From the NCBI GenBank assembly GCA_049582465.1, contig JBAUUA010000250.1, forward strand, positions 1 through 34,319: a DNA stretch of 34,319 bases, in the 5' to 3' direction. Source of the stretch: Bradyrhizobium sp. Lineage in GTDB: Bacteria > Pseudomonadota > Alphaproteobacteria > Rhizobiales > Xanthobacteraceae. This document shows positions 1 to 9,574 of this stretch, piece by piece (the first letter of the stretch is position 1; each line of letters opens with the position of its first letter). The notes below the pieces were generated by a model, which had not been told where the DNA came from, made no database searches, and was given only the letters and a program-made list of their open reading frames with translations. The translations under genes and the position numbers were made by a program.

Positions 1-224
1 CGACACAAGGACAAATGCGAGACGAAAAAGCATTGCGTCTCCGTCCTGCGCGTCTCACCCCTGCCCGGCCTCGATTGTAGCAAGAAAAATCGGCATCGTC
101 TCTTGCGGATTTCGGGTCACGTTGACATGCCGTGAGACGGCGGCGCGCCAACGCACGCCTCCATCCAGTGCCCGCTCGCCGCTGACAAAGCTGGTCGGCT
201 TTCCGCCGCGGCAAGCTCCGGCCG

Positions 225-2243
225 CTAGGCGTGCGTCGGCCAGTGGCGCTCGCGGAACCAGGTGCGGTAGTCCGACATCTTCGCGCGCTGCGCCGCCGGC
301 GCATGGCGCTTGCAGGTCGAGGACTCCTGGCTGTTGTCGGGCGCCCCCCAGCGCAGCTCGACGCAGTCGTTCGGGTTGTAGGCCATCTCGAAATTCGCCG
401 CCCGGTCGACGACGTCCTTGAGCGACAGCGTCCATTGCGAACCGTCGCTGCGCGTATAGGATATTTTGCGCATGGCAAGCTCGGAGGCGAGCACGCCCTG
501 CAACTCGCTCTTGACGTCGGCGGCGCTCTTGCCGGGCGGGATCGCGTAGCGCTCCGACCGCCGCGCGACGTGATCGGGATAGCCCCGCACCACGTCGATC
601 GCGATCAACAGGCGGAAATCGCGCGCCGGCGTGGAGTAGTCCTCCCAGGCGCCGGTGGTCTCGAAGATCGAGGCGCCGTCCGGCATCGCGGTGTCGCCGC
701 TGGTCTTCTCCTGATATTTCCGGCCGTTTTCGACCGAGGTGACGCGCGTCTTCACCTGCTCGTTGAGGCTCGTGATGGCATCCGTCATCGCCTTCACCGG
801 ATCGAGCGGCTCGGGCGACATCACGTCGTCCATGCGATCGTAGAAATCCTCGGCGCTCATCTGCGACTGTTCGAGCGAAAAATCGCCGTAGCTCGGATTC
901 TTGCCGATTTCGGCGTTGCTCAGCCGCCGCAGCGCGCCACCCTTGTCGCGCACGATCGGGCGGAAATGCTTGAAGCCGGGGCTGCCGAGCGAGGCCTCGT
1001 GCACGAACAGGAAATTGCCGCGCCAGAACCGCTTGCGCGTGATCGAGCCGTCGGGTTCGGCGTCGACGGCGAGGAAGACGCCCGGCGTGCCGTTCGCCTC
1101 CGGCACCAGATGCACCAGCATCAGCACGTGGCCGTAGGGGTCGGCGTACACCGTTCCCGGGCGCAACGCCTGTTTGGTCAGCGGAACGGTGTAGAAATCG
1201 GTGTTGTCGTCATTTGCCGACACCCGCACGGCGCCGGTGTGGACGACGTCGCCGACGTCGCGCAAATATTCGCTGAAACTGGTCGGCCGCTTCGGCTTCG
1301 GGGGCGGCGGGTTCGCCGGCGGAATGGCCGCCGGATCTGCGCTGGCCTCGGCCTGCGGCTGGGAACGGGAGAACAACCCGAGCAGACCGGGCTTCGGCGC
1401 CGGCGGCGAGACCGCAGCGGGGGTGACCGACGCCACAACCTCCTGCTCGGGCGGCGGGGCTGGACGGGTGACCTCGGGATGCTCGATGTCGAACCACTGG
1501 TAGCACTTCGGCGGCTTGCCGGCGAAGCCGCGCGAGCAGTTCGAATAGCCGAACGGCAGTCCCATCTTGTAGGCGAAATAGGCGCGCAGGAAGTAGACGA
1601 AGTCGGCGCAGTCGGGACGAAGGCCGCCCTTCACGCTGTCCTCGTCGCGCCCGAGATAGTTGAACAGGAAATTGCGCGAGCGGTCGCGCAGCACTTCATG
1701 CCACACCTTCCAGGACAGATCCTGGTCGGGCGGCGCGTCGAACAGCTTCTCGATCCAGGCCGAGAACAGGGCTTCGCTGGTGCTGTTCCAGCTATTGCGC
1801 ACCTGCCAGAAGCTTCCCGACGGCGTGCGCACGGGCTCCCGCTTGCGCGCGCTGACGACGATCTCGTGCGCGCATTGCGCAGCGGCTCCGTCCCGCGCCA
1901 GTGTCGCGTGCCAGGTTCCCGCCGCCGGCGTGGCGACTTCGGCGAACCAGGAATAAGGCGAAGCGCCGTGCCGGTCGGACGATTTGGCCGCGACGCTTCC
2001 GTCGGGCGCGACCAGCGACAGCACGCCGTCGAGGGGTTTTTCGGAAACCACCATGACGCGCAACGGCGCGCCCTTCCACGGCGCGACCGGCGAAGGCAAC
2101 ACCGTCAGCTCGGCCGCGTCACCGCAGCTATCGCCGGCCGCTTCGGCCGGCGACACCGCGGCTGCGGCGAGCAAGATGTAAAACCCACCTGCGATCAGCG
2201 ACAATGCCGTCGCGGCAGCAGCCAAGCGGCGCGCAAGAAGCAT
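225..2243 (-). CDS. Large secreted hypothetical protein (672 aa), possible papain/NlpC-P60-like Cys-His hydrolase domain
   Basis: Start trimmed to ATG 2243 (MLLARRLAAAA...), preceded by AGGAAGG; long signal-like N-terminus ending AEA; RPDCADFVYFLRAYFA and LRPGTVYADPYGHVLMLV motifs; Pro-rich insert. The ORF extension to 2528 overlaps the MATE gene. Confidence 0.8.
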   Translation of the reverse strand: MLLARRLAAAATALSLIAGGFYILLAAAAVSPAEAAGDSCGDAAELTVLPSPVAPWKGAPLRVMVVSEKPLDGVLSLVAPDGSVAAKSSDRHGASPYSWFAEVATPAAGTWHATLARDGAAAQCAHEIVVSARKREPVRTPSGSFWQVRNSWNSTSEALFSAWIEKLFDAPPDQDLSWKVWHEVLRDRSRNFLFNYLGRDEDSVKGGLRPDCADFVYFLRAYFAYKMGLPFGYSNCSRGFAGKPPKCYQWFDIEHPEVTRPAPPPEQEVVASVTPAAVSPPAPKPGLLGLFSRSQPQAEASADPAAIPPANPPPPKPKRPTSFSEYLRDVGDVVHTGAVRVSANDDNTDFYTVPLTKQALRPGTVYADPYGHVLMLVHLVPEANGTPGVFLAVDAEPDGSITRKRFWRGNFLFVHEASLGSPGFKHFRPIVRDKGGALRRLSNAEIGKNPSYGDFSLEQSQMSAEDFYDRMDDVMSPEPLDPVKAMTDAITSLNEQVKTRVTSVENGRKYQEKTSGDTAMPDGASIFETTGAWEDYSTPARDFRLLIAIDVVRGYPDHVARRSERYAIPPGKSAADVKSELQGVLASELAMRKISYTRSDGSQWTLSLKDVVDRAANFEMAYNPNDCVELRWGAPDNSQESSTCKRHAPAAQRAKMSDYRTWFRERHWPTHA

Positions 2244-2403
2244 GTGAATAGAACCTTCCTGAAGTGGGCCCCGGACCTGCGTGGCCCTCCCGGCGGGGCC
2301 GGGCCGCAGGATACCGATTTGACCGCCCTGAGTCAGCGCATTTGAAGGCGATTTTGCGGCCCGGTCCCCCGGTTCCGCTTGCGTCCGGCCCGGCCCGATT
2401 CGC

Positions 2404-3825
2404 TCAGCGAATGCCCTCTTCGGCAATCGTTTCCTCCGCCACCTCGGCAACCTGCCGGCTATCCTCCGTGAGTACCGTCGTTTTCCAGCCGCCTTGCGCG
2501 AACCAGCCGACCGAAACCACCGCGACAAGGATGGTGGTGAGCGGAAACGACCACCACAGGCCGGTGGCCTGCAGGCTGGTATGTCTGGACAGAATATAGG
2601 CCAGCGGGAACTGCAGCACGAACTGCGAGACCAGCGCGATCACCATGGCCGCCAGCATGTTGCCGGAAGCGCGGAAGGCGGAGACGATGCAGAGCTGCAC
2701 GCCGATGCCGCCCCAGGCGAGCGACATGATCCGGATGAACTGCGCGCCTTCGGCGATGACATCGGGTGCGCCCGGCACGAAGAACGCCACCAAGGCCGGC
2801 GCGAAGATCCAGGCAACAAGCCCCACGACCGAGAGAATGGCAAAGCCGGCGCCGGCGCCGAGCCAGGTGACGCGCGCGGCGCGCTGCGGATTGCCCGCGC
2901 CCATGTTCTGGCTGACCAGCGTCGACACCGCCTGCGACAGGCCCATCGCGGGGATGGAGATGAATAGCAGGATGTTCGACCCGACGCCGTAGCCGGCCAG
3001 CGTTACCGTGCCGAAACCCGCCACCAGGAACGACAGCAGCATCGGTCCAAGGCCGCGCGTCGCCAATTCGATCGAGCCGGGCAAACCCAAGAAGAACGCG
3101 CGCCTGATGTAGGCAGGATCAGGCCGAAAACCGCGCCACGAGAGCTGGATGCCATGGCGGCCGCGCAGGAAGATCGCCATCCCCAGCACCGCCGCAAGCC
3201 CCTGGGTCGCCAGCGTCGCCAGCGCGGCGCCCATCACGCCCTGCCCCGGCAGCGGTCCAAGGCCGAAGATGAAAAGGGGATCGAGCAGGAAATTCAGCAC
3301 CACGGTTCCGAATACGATCATCAACGGCGTCCGGGTTTCGCCGACGCCGCGCATCAGCGCCTGAAACATGCCGTAGGCGAAGACGAAGATGATGCCGACA
3401 AAGGACACCCGCATGAAGCCGAGCGCGCCCGCGTAGACATCGGGCGCGACATCAAGCAATTCCAGCAACAGGGGCACCAGCGCATAACCCACCGCGCCGA
3501 GGACCACCGACGTGACCGCAACCATCATCATGGTTTGCGCCGCGACGTGATTGACCAGATCCTGCCGCCCTGCGCCCATGTATTGGGCCGACAGCGTCGC
3601 GCCGGCAATAGCGAGCCCCGCCCCCAGCGCGATCACCAGGAAGGTGACGGGAAAACTGATCGAAACCGCCGCCACTGCGGCCGCGCCCAATCTCCCGACC
3701 CAGAACGCGTCCGTCAACTGATAGCCGGTCTGCAGCAGATTGCCCATGATGATGGGGATCGAGAGCCGAATCAGCGCGGTGCCGATCGGTCCCTCCAGGA
3801 ACAGTTTTTTTCTGTCGTACGGCAT
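2404..3825 (-). CDS. MATE family efflux transporter (473 aa)
   Basis: About 12 hydrophobic segments; QTGYQLTDAFWVGRLG, RGVGETRTP, LLDPLFIFG..G..GAALAT, SQNMGAGN and FRASG are MATE hallmarks; start set at MPYDRKK. Confidence 0.93.
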   Translation of the reverse strand: MPYDRKKLFLEGPIGTALIRLSIPIIMGNLLQTGYQLTDAFWVGRLGAAAVAAVSISFPVTFLVIALGAGLAIAGATLSAQYMGAGRQDLVNHVAAQTMMMVAVTSVVLGAVGYALVPLLLELLDVAPDVYAGALGFMRVSFVGIIFVFAYGMFQALMRGVGETRTPLMIVFGTVVLNFLLDPLFIFGLGPLPGQGVMGAALATLATQGLAAVLGMAIFLRGRHGIQLSWRGFRPDPAYIRRAFFLGLPGSIELATRGLGPMLLSFLVAGFGTVTLAGYGVGSNILLFISIPAMGLSQAVSTLVSQNMGAGNPQRAARVTWLGAGAGFAILSVVGLVAWIFAPALVAFFVPGAPDVIAEGAQFIRIMSLAWGGIGVQLCIVSAFRASGNMLAAMVIALVSQFVLQFPLAYILSRHTSLQATGLWWSFPLTTILVAVVSVGWFAQGGWKTTVLTEDSRQVAEVAEETIAEEGIR

Positions 3826-3961
3826 GTCGCGAGGGGTTCTCTCCGTTGGCGAGGAGTCGCACAAGTCGGGATGTCGGGGGTCTGTGTTACCGGGGTGGTG
3901 GCCCTTGGCCGTGGAGTCGCGCAGTTTCGTCAATCGACTATGACCAGGTCGCCGTATTTTC

Positions 3962-4082
3962 CGTCATTGCGAGGAGCGAAGCGACGAAGCAATCCAGCTT
4001 CCCGCTATGCCGCGCTATGGATTGCTTCGCGGAGCCTGTCATCGGGCGGCGCTGCGCGCCGACCCGTTGTCTCGCAATGACG
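3962..4082. repeat. Nested palindromic intergenic repeat (REP/RPE-like element of alphaproteobacteria)
   Basis: Outer IR CGTCATTGCGAG (3962-3973)/CTCGCAATGACG (4071-4082); inner IR CGAAGCAATCCA (3985-3996)/TGGATTGCTTCG (4018-4029); third hairpin at 4043-4066. Confidence 0.85.
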
Positions 4083-4093
4083 ACTCCAGCGTC

Positions 4094-6322
4094 TCACGCC
4101 TCGATCGCGTCCTTGATCTTCTTCCGCGTCAGCGGCAGATCGCGCAGGCGCTTTCCCGTCGCGTCGGCGATGGCGTTGGCGATCGAGGCGGCGGCCGGAC
4201 CCTGCCCGGTTTCGCCGCTGCCGAGGAAGGGTTCTCCGGGCCGGTTGATGATGTGAACGATGATGCTGTCGGGCACCGCATCGAAGCGCAGGATCGGATA
4301 GGTCTGCCAGTCGATGCTCGTAATTCTCGTGTCATCGAAGGTGACGGCCTCATACAGCGTCCAGCTCATCGACTGCACGATGGCGCCCTCGATCTGATTG
4401 GTCAGCCCGTCCGGATTAACCACCTGCCCGCTGTCGACCGCCGCCACGGCGCGCACCAGCCGGGGACGGCCGGTTTCCCGGTTCACTTCCACTTCGCTGG
4501 CGATGGCGCAATAGGCCGCCAGATTCTTGTAGCGTGCGAAGGCAAATCCGTAGCCACGATTTGGCGGCGCCTTCTGCCCCTTCGCCCAGCCAAACCCTTG
4601 CGCCGCCTTTTCGATGACGTCGCGCCCGCGCGGATCCTCAAGGTGCTTCAGCCTGAACTCGACGGGATCGGAGCCGGCCAGGCCCGCCAGCTCATCCATG
4701 AAACTCTCGATCGAGAACACGTTGTGATAGGCGCCGAGCGCCCGCATCGCCGAAATCCGCACCGGCATGTCCGGAATGAAATGATGCACCACCTGCGCAC
4801 TGGGGAATTTGTAGATCGGGATCGCGTTGCGGTCGCCGCCGCCTTCCGGCAGCGGAAGCGGCTTTGGCGGCGGCGGCGCGAAAGGGTTCGCCATGTGCTG
4901 CGCCGCCAGCATCGCGCCGGCCCCGCCCGGCCGCATCGAATGGGTGTTGCTCCAGACCTCGAAATGCCAGTCGGCGATGGCGCCGCTGTCGTCAAGCGAC
5001 GCCTTCAGCTTCGTCACCATCGCCGGCCCGTAAGGTTCCCACGCGTGCTCCTGCTCGCGCATCCATTGAACGCGCACGGGTACGCCGGGCACCTCTCGCG
5101 CGATCAGCGCCGCATCGGCCGCGGCATCGTCGGCGCCATTATGGCCGTAGCAGCCGGATCCCTCGACATGACTGCAGCGGACGCTCGCCTGCGGCACGCG
5201 CAGCATTTCCGCGATGGCCTGCCGATCGGGATAGACGCCCTGCGTGTGCGTCCACACCGTCGTCATGCCGTCGCTCAATTGCGCCACCGCGCAGGACGGG
5301 CCGATCGAGCCGTGCGACTGATAGGGCCGCGTATAGGTGGCCTCGATCGTTTTCTGACCGCCCGCCGACGGATTGCCCGCCTGGAAGATCGTCTTGTCCT
5401 GCGACGGCAGACTGGTCAGCACGTGCAGCAAATCATCCTGCTTCGGCAGGCTCGGCGTCTCCTGCCATTTGGCCGCCGCCGACAACGCGGCCATCGCCTT
5501 GATCGCCTGGAATTCCTTTTTGGCGACGACGGCGAGGAAGTTTCCGTCACGGATGACCTTGACCACACCGGGCAGCTTTTCGACCGCCGAAGTGTCGCAC
5601 GCCGTCAATTGCGCGCCGTAGCTCGGCGGACGCACCACGCGGGCATGCACCATGCCCGGCGGCCGCATGTCCTGCACATAGGCCGCGCCGCCCGTCACCT
5701 TGGCCGGGATATCGACGCGCGGGATGGGCTGGCCCATCACCTTGAAGGTCGCGGGATCCTTCAGTTTCGATGCCGGCTGCGCCGCCACATGCAGCATGTC
5801 GCCGGCGACCAGATCGCCATAGGCAAAGCGCTGTCCGTCCGGCGCGATCACGGCGCCGTTTTCGGTGCGGAAATTTTCCGCAGGAAGATCGAGCCGGCGC
5901 GCGGCTTCGGCCACGAGCAACGCGCGCACCTGGGCGGCGGCGTTCTGGATCGCGGTGCCGCTGTCCTGCATCGAGTGGCTGCCGGAAGTATAGCCTTCAT
6001 TGGCGGTGCGGCCGGTATCGGCGGTGACCACCTTCAGCGAGCCAAAGGGAACGTCGAGCTCTTCGGCCGCGATCTGCTGGAACGCGGTTTTAAAACCTTG
6101 GCCGAGTTCGGCCTTGCCGGTGAAAGCCGTGATGGTGCCGTCGGCATCGATGCGGATCCAGGAATCCAGGAACGGTGTCGTCGCGAGGCTGCCCGGCGGT
6201 TTTGGCACGGCTGCCGGCGCGGCCTGATCCTGCGCGAAAGCATTTGACAGCGAGAAGCTGACGATCAGCGCGCCGCTTCCTGCGAGCACGCGGCGGCGGT
6301 CGATCATGACGGGGCCGTTCAT
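4094..6322 (-). CDS. Xanthine-dehydrogenase-family molybdopterin-binding subunit (IorB/NicB-like), Tat-type signal (742 aa)
   Basis: IDRRRVL signal; GKAELGQG, GYTSGSHS, IPRVDIPAKVTG, GSGCYGHNG, MRALG, ESFMDELA, VNPDGLTNQIEG, GSGE; ATGA overlap with the upstream 2Fe-2S gene. Confidence 0.93.
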   Translation of the reverse strand: MNGPVMIDRRRVLAGSGALIVSFSLSNAFAQDQAAPAAVPKPPGSLATTPFLDSWIRIDADGTITAFTGKAELGQGFKTAFQQIAAEELDVPFGSLKVVTADTGRTANEGYTSGSHSMQDSGTAIQNAAAQVRALLVAEAARRLDLPAENFRTENGAVIAPDGQRFAYGDLVAGDMLHVAAQPASKLKDPATFKVMGQPIPRVDIPAKVTGGAAYVQDMRPPGMVHARVVRPPSYGAQLTACDTSAVEKLPGVVKVIRDGNFLAVVAKKEFQAIKAMAALSAAAKWQETPSLPKQDDLLHVLTSLPSQDKTIFQAGNPSAGGQKTIEATYTRPYQSHGSIGPSCAVAQLSDGMTTVWTHTQGVYPDRQAIAEMLRVPQASVRCSHVEGSGCYGHNGADDAAADAALIAREVPGVPVRVQWMREQEHAWEPYGPAMVTKLKASLDDSGAIADWHFEVWSNTHSMRPGGAGAMLAAQHMANPFAPPPPKPLPLPEGGGDRNAIPIYKFPSAQVVHHFIPDMPVRISAMRALGAYHNVFSIESFMDELAGLAGSDPVEFRLKHLEDPRGRDVIEKAAQGFGWAKGQKAPPNRGYGFAFARYKNLAAYCAIASEVEVNRETGRPRLVRAVAAVDSGQVVNPDGLTNQIEGAIVQSMSWTLYEAVTFDDTRITSIDWQTYPILRFDAVPDSIIVHIINRPGEPFLGSGETGQGPAAASIANAIADATGKRLRDLPLTRKKIKDAIEA

Positions 6323-6813
6323 TGTGCGCTCCTCTGGCCGGTCGAGGCGTCGGCGGTCTGCATCAGATGGGCGGCGCGGTGCACCGCGCGCAGGATCCGC
6401 ATATGGGTGCCGCAGCGGCACAGATGCGGCGCCAACTCGGCGCGGATCTCGTCATCGGTCGGTTTTGCGTTCCGCTGCAGCAGCGCCTGCGCCCGCATCA
6501 TCATGCCGGCGATGCAATAGCCGCATTGCGCCGCCTGCTCTTCCATGAACGCGCGCTGGATCGGCGCCGGGGTCTCGATCGTACCGAGCCCCTCGAGTGT
6601 CGTGATTGGCTTGCCCTCGACGAGCAAGAGCGGCGTTACGCAAGACAACACCGCCTTGCCGTCGACGATGACCGTGCAGGCCCCGCATTGGCCGAGACCG
6701 CAGCCGAATTTGGCGGCGTTGAACCCGAGATCGTCGCGCAGCACATAGAGCAGCGGTGTATCCGGCTCCGCATCGACCTGACGATCCCGACCATTGACCT
6801 TCAATGTTGTCAT
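6319..6813 (-). CDS. (2Fe-2S)-binding small subunit, CoxS/IorA/NicA-like (164 aa)
   Basis: KFGCGLGQCGACTV, QCGYC and CRCG; start MTTLKVNG overlaps the cytochrome stop (ATGA). Confidence 0.95.
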   Translation of the reverse strand: MTTLKVNGRDRQVDAEPDTPLLYVLRDDLGFNAAKFGCGLGQCGACTVIVDGKAVLSCVTPLLLVEGKPITTLEGLGTIETPAPIQRAFMEEQAAQCGYCIAGMMMRAQALLQRNAKPTDDEIRAELAPHLCRCGTHMRILRAVHRAAHLMQTADASTGQRSAQ

Positions 6814-8183
6814 GGCTTGTCCCGCTGGCTTGCATCGGCCGGAGCGTTGTTTGCTCCCACCGAGGTCTGGAGAAACACGGTCTGGGTGCGGCGCGCGTCG
6901 GCAACGGTCTGTTCGACGCCGGCCCAGGCCGGCTGATTGCCAAAGCGCGCGCGCAGATAATTCAAGAGCGACGCAATCTGCGCGTCGCTCATGCTGTTCG
7001 CAAAGCCCGGCATGATCGGGCTGCGCTCGCCTTCGACGGGGCGCACGCCGGACAGCACGATATTGGCGGCGTTGCGGGGATCGGGGCTGGAAAGCGCGGT
7101 CGAGAGCGCGAGATTGACCTCGCCATAGGGCAGCGGCCGCTTGCTCTCGTGGCAGGTCGCGCAGGCCGCGGCATAGATCGCCGCGCCGGCCGTGTTTGGT
7201 TGCGACTCCGGCGCGGTGGACGACGAGGCGGGTGACTTGGCCTGCGCCAGCACTTGCTCCGCCCGGCGCTTGCGATCTTCCGCCGGGGCACCGAACACGC
7301 CGGCCATGTAGGTCGCGATGGCACGGACGTCGCTGTCCGGCACCTCGGAGAGATTGCCGACCACCTGAGCCATCGGCCCGCGCGCGGTGCCGTGATCGGG
7401 ATCGAAGCCGTGGCGCAGATAGGCGTACAGCGCATCCGCAGTCCATGGCACCGGCGCCGGGGACTGCGCGTTGATCGCATAGGCGCTCCAATTGTCGGCC
7501 TCGCCGCCGGCAAATGACGCGCTGGCGCGCTCCGCTCCAAGCGCGTTGCGCGGGGTATGGCAGGCGCCGCAATGCGCCAGCCCCTCGACCAGATAGGCGC
7601 CGCGATTGAATTCCGCGCTCTGCGCCGGGTCGGGTCGGTAGGTGTCGCGGCGCAGGAACAACAATTTCCAGCCGGCGATCACGACGCGCTGGTCGAGCGG
7701 AAACGGCAGCTGGTTGGCGCGCGCGACCGCATGCACCGGCTGCCGGGTCATCAGAAACGCATAGAGCGCGCGGTCGTCCTCGTCGCTGACATGGGTGAAA
7801 TGATCGTAGGGAAAGGTCGGATAGAGGTGCCGGCCGTCGCGGTCGACGCCCGAGCGCATGGCGCGGCGGAATGCGTCCTCCGGCCAGCGGCCGATGCCGG
7901 TGTCGGCATCAGGCGTGATGTTGGACGAGTAGATGGTGCCGAACGGCGTCGGCACCGGCAGCCCGCCGGCAAAATCCCTGCCGCCGCGCGTGGTATGACA
8001 GGTGTTGCAATTGCCGAGTGCCGCGAGCTCGCGGCCGCGCTTGACCAGCGCGGGATCGAAGGCTTGCGGCGAAGAAGGATCGGTCGCCGGCATGGCCGGC
8101 CGCCAGGCGATCGCGAACGCCGCGACCGCGCCGGCAACCACCAGCGCAGCCCCCACGCCTGCAAACACCCGTGCTTTCGACAT
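6810..8183 (-). CDS. Membrane-anchored tri-haem cytochrome c subunit (457 aa)
   Basis: Three CxxCH motifs (CNTCH, CGACH, CATCH); PTPFGTIYSSNITPD..TGIG.W and LYPTFPY typical of dehydrogenase cytochrome subunits; N-terminal TM helix; start set at MSKARVF. Confidence 0.92.
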   Translation of the reverse strand: MSKARVFAGVGAALVVAGAVAAFAIAWRPAMPATDPSSPQAFDPALVKRGRELAALGNCNTCHTTRGGRDFAGGLPVPTPFGTIYSSNITPDADTGIGRWPEDAFRRAMRSGVDRDGRHLYPTFPYDHFTHVSDEDDRALYAFLMTRQPVHAVARANQLPFPLDQRVVIAGWKLLFLRRDTYRPDPAQSAEFNRGAYLVEGLAHCGACHTPRNALGAERASASFAGGEADNWSAYAINAQSPAPVPWTADALYAYLRHGFDPDHGTARGPMAQVVGNLSEVPDSDVRAIATYMAGVFGAPAEDRKRRAEQVLAQAKSPASSSTAPESQPNTAGAAIYAAACATCHESKRPLPYGEVNLALSTALSSPDPRNAANIVLSGVRPVEGERSPIMPGFANSMSDAQIASLLNYLRARFGNQPAWAGVEQTVADARRTQTVFLQTSVGANNAPADASQRDKP

Positions 8184-8297
8184 TCGTCCCGGCAGCTTTT
8201 TATAGGCTGTTGCTAACACATCTCCGGCGGCCCAAGAGCCCCGATCACCAGCAGTTGACCTGCCGTTCAACGCTTTCCTCGCCCGAAGCGTTGCATG

Positions 8298-8975
8298 TCA
8301 CCCCGGCAATTCGCATCCCAGCTGCTTGAGCGTGGCGTCCACCCATTTTCGGTCCATCGAGCCTCCCGCCTTGAGGTCGGCCAGAATCTTGTCCTCCGCC
8401 TTCTTCTTCGCTGCGGCGGCCTGATACACCTCCTCGACCTCGCCGAAGGGAATGCAAAGCACGCCGTCGCCGTCGCCGATGATGAGGTCGCCGGGCTCGA
8501 TCACCATGCCGTCGAACGCGATGGCCTTGCCGATTTCTCCGGGACCCGATTTCAGCGGGCCGCGATGGGTCACCCCAGCCGCGTAGACCGGAAAGCTTAA
8601 GGCGCGCAGCGCATCGGAATCCCGGATCGAGCCATTGATCACGATTCCGGCCAGTCCGCGATTGATGGCGTAGCTGACCATGATCTCGCCGATGATCGAA
8701 TTGGTGAGATCGCCGCCGGCATCGACCACGACCACGTCGCCCGGCGTGGCGATATCCAGCGCCTTGTGCACCATCAGATTGTCGCCCGGCCGGGTCTTCA
8801 CCGTGAATGCTGGACCGGAGAGCACACCTTCGCCATGATACGGCCGCAACCGTGGCCCGCCGCCGGTCAGGCGCGACATGCAATCGCTGACATTGGCGAC
8901 CGGCAGCGATCGAAACTTGCGCACGACTTCCGGGCTGACCCGGCGCTCGACCGCTTGTATTGAAAATCCGATCAT
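8298..8975 (-). CDS. RraA-like / HMG aldolase-oxaloacetate decarboxylase family protein (225 aa)
   Basis: VANVSD, GPAFTVKTRPGDNL, PGDVVVVD, GEIM, GSIRD, PGDLIIGDGDGV; RBS GGAG. Confidence 0.9.
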   Translation of the reverse strand: MIGFSIQAVERRVSPEVVRKFRSLPVANVSDCMSRLTGGGPRLRPYHGEGVLSGPAFTVKTRPGDNLMVHKALDIATPGDVVVVDAGGDLTNSIIGEIMVSYAINRGLAGIVINGSIRDSDALRALSFPVYAAGVTHRGPLKSGPGEIGKAIAFDGMVIEPGDLIIGDGDGVLCIPFGEVEEVYQAAAAKKKAEDKILADLKAGGSMDRKWVDATLKQLGCELPG

Positions 8976-9218
8976 CGAGGCTTCTCCATCCCTTTTTTGT
9001 TTCTGGTTTCAAACCGATGCGGCAAGTGCCAACATGGGACCCATCCCACGCAAGTAATCCGGCACCTTTTTATGGGCCAAGATGTTACAGGAGTGCCACA
9101 CACACGGACAATATGGGTCCGTTCCTCCTACGTTCGAAAGAGTTGATGATGGGGATCCCGCGATGCACGCTAGATTCGGCGCGGGGTTGAGGTTGCATCA
9201 GTCGTGAAGGAGACCGAC

Positions 9219-9428
9219 ATGCCAGCCTACATCCAGCATCACGAAATCGAGCAATCTCAGATCGATAACGTCCCGGTCGTGTGTCCCGGTTGCGTAGGAC
9301 TGATTCCCATGTATGTCAGGGAGGTAAACCCCCATTGGAGCATGGCGAAGATCGACTTCATCTATGCATGTTCCGATTGCGGCGCCGAGGTCAGGCAGAC
9401 CATCACGCGGCCGGAGCGATCGCATTAA
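9219..9428 (+). CDS. Small zinc-ribbon-like protein (69 aa)
   Basis: AAGGAG RBS 6 nt before ATG 9219; CPGC and CSDCG pairs. Confidence 0.7.
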   Translation: MPAYIQHHEIEQSQIDNVPVVCPGCVGLIPMYVREVNPHWSMAKIDFIYACSDCGAEVRQTITRPERSH

Positions 9429-9574
9429 TGCGGCGGCGGCCCGATTGCGCTAAAGGGGTGCTGAGGGCCGCCTAGCCAGACTTGCCGGCGAGACTTGCCG
9501 ACCGATCATTAAAGCGCAGATAGCTGCCGTGCGGGCAGTTCCCAACGAACCAACGAAATTTCTGTGTCCGCTCT

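Noticed and set aside
4007..6247. 746-aa plus-strand ORF (likewise 231..2345 and 14793..16193)
   Set aside because: Antisense to well-supported genes; Arg/His-rich shadow composition.
6814..7572. Apparent long N-terminal extension on the 2Fe-2S protein
   Set aside because: Off-frame overlap with the cytochrome gene; the real start is the ATGA-coupled ATG at 6813. The same applies to the extensions of phnK, phnE, phnM2 and DUF1045.
9015..9100. Minus-strand TGGCAC hexamers as sigma-54 promoters for the RraA-like gene
   Set aside because: No TTGC at the required -12 spacing.
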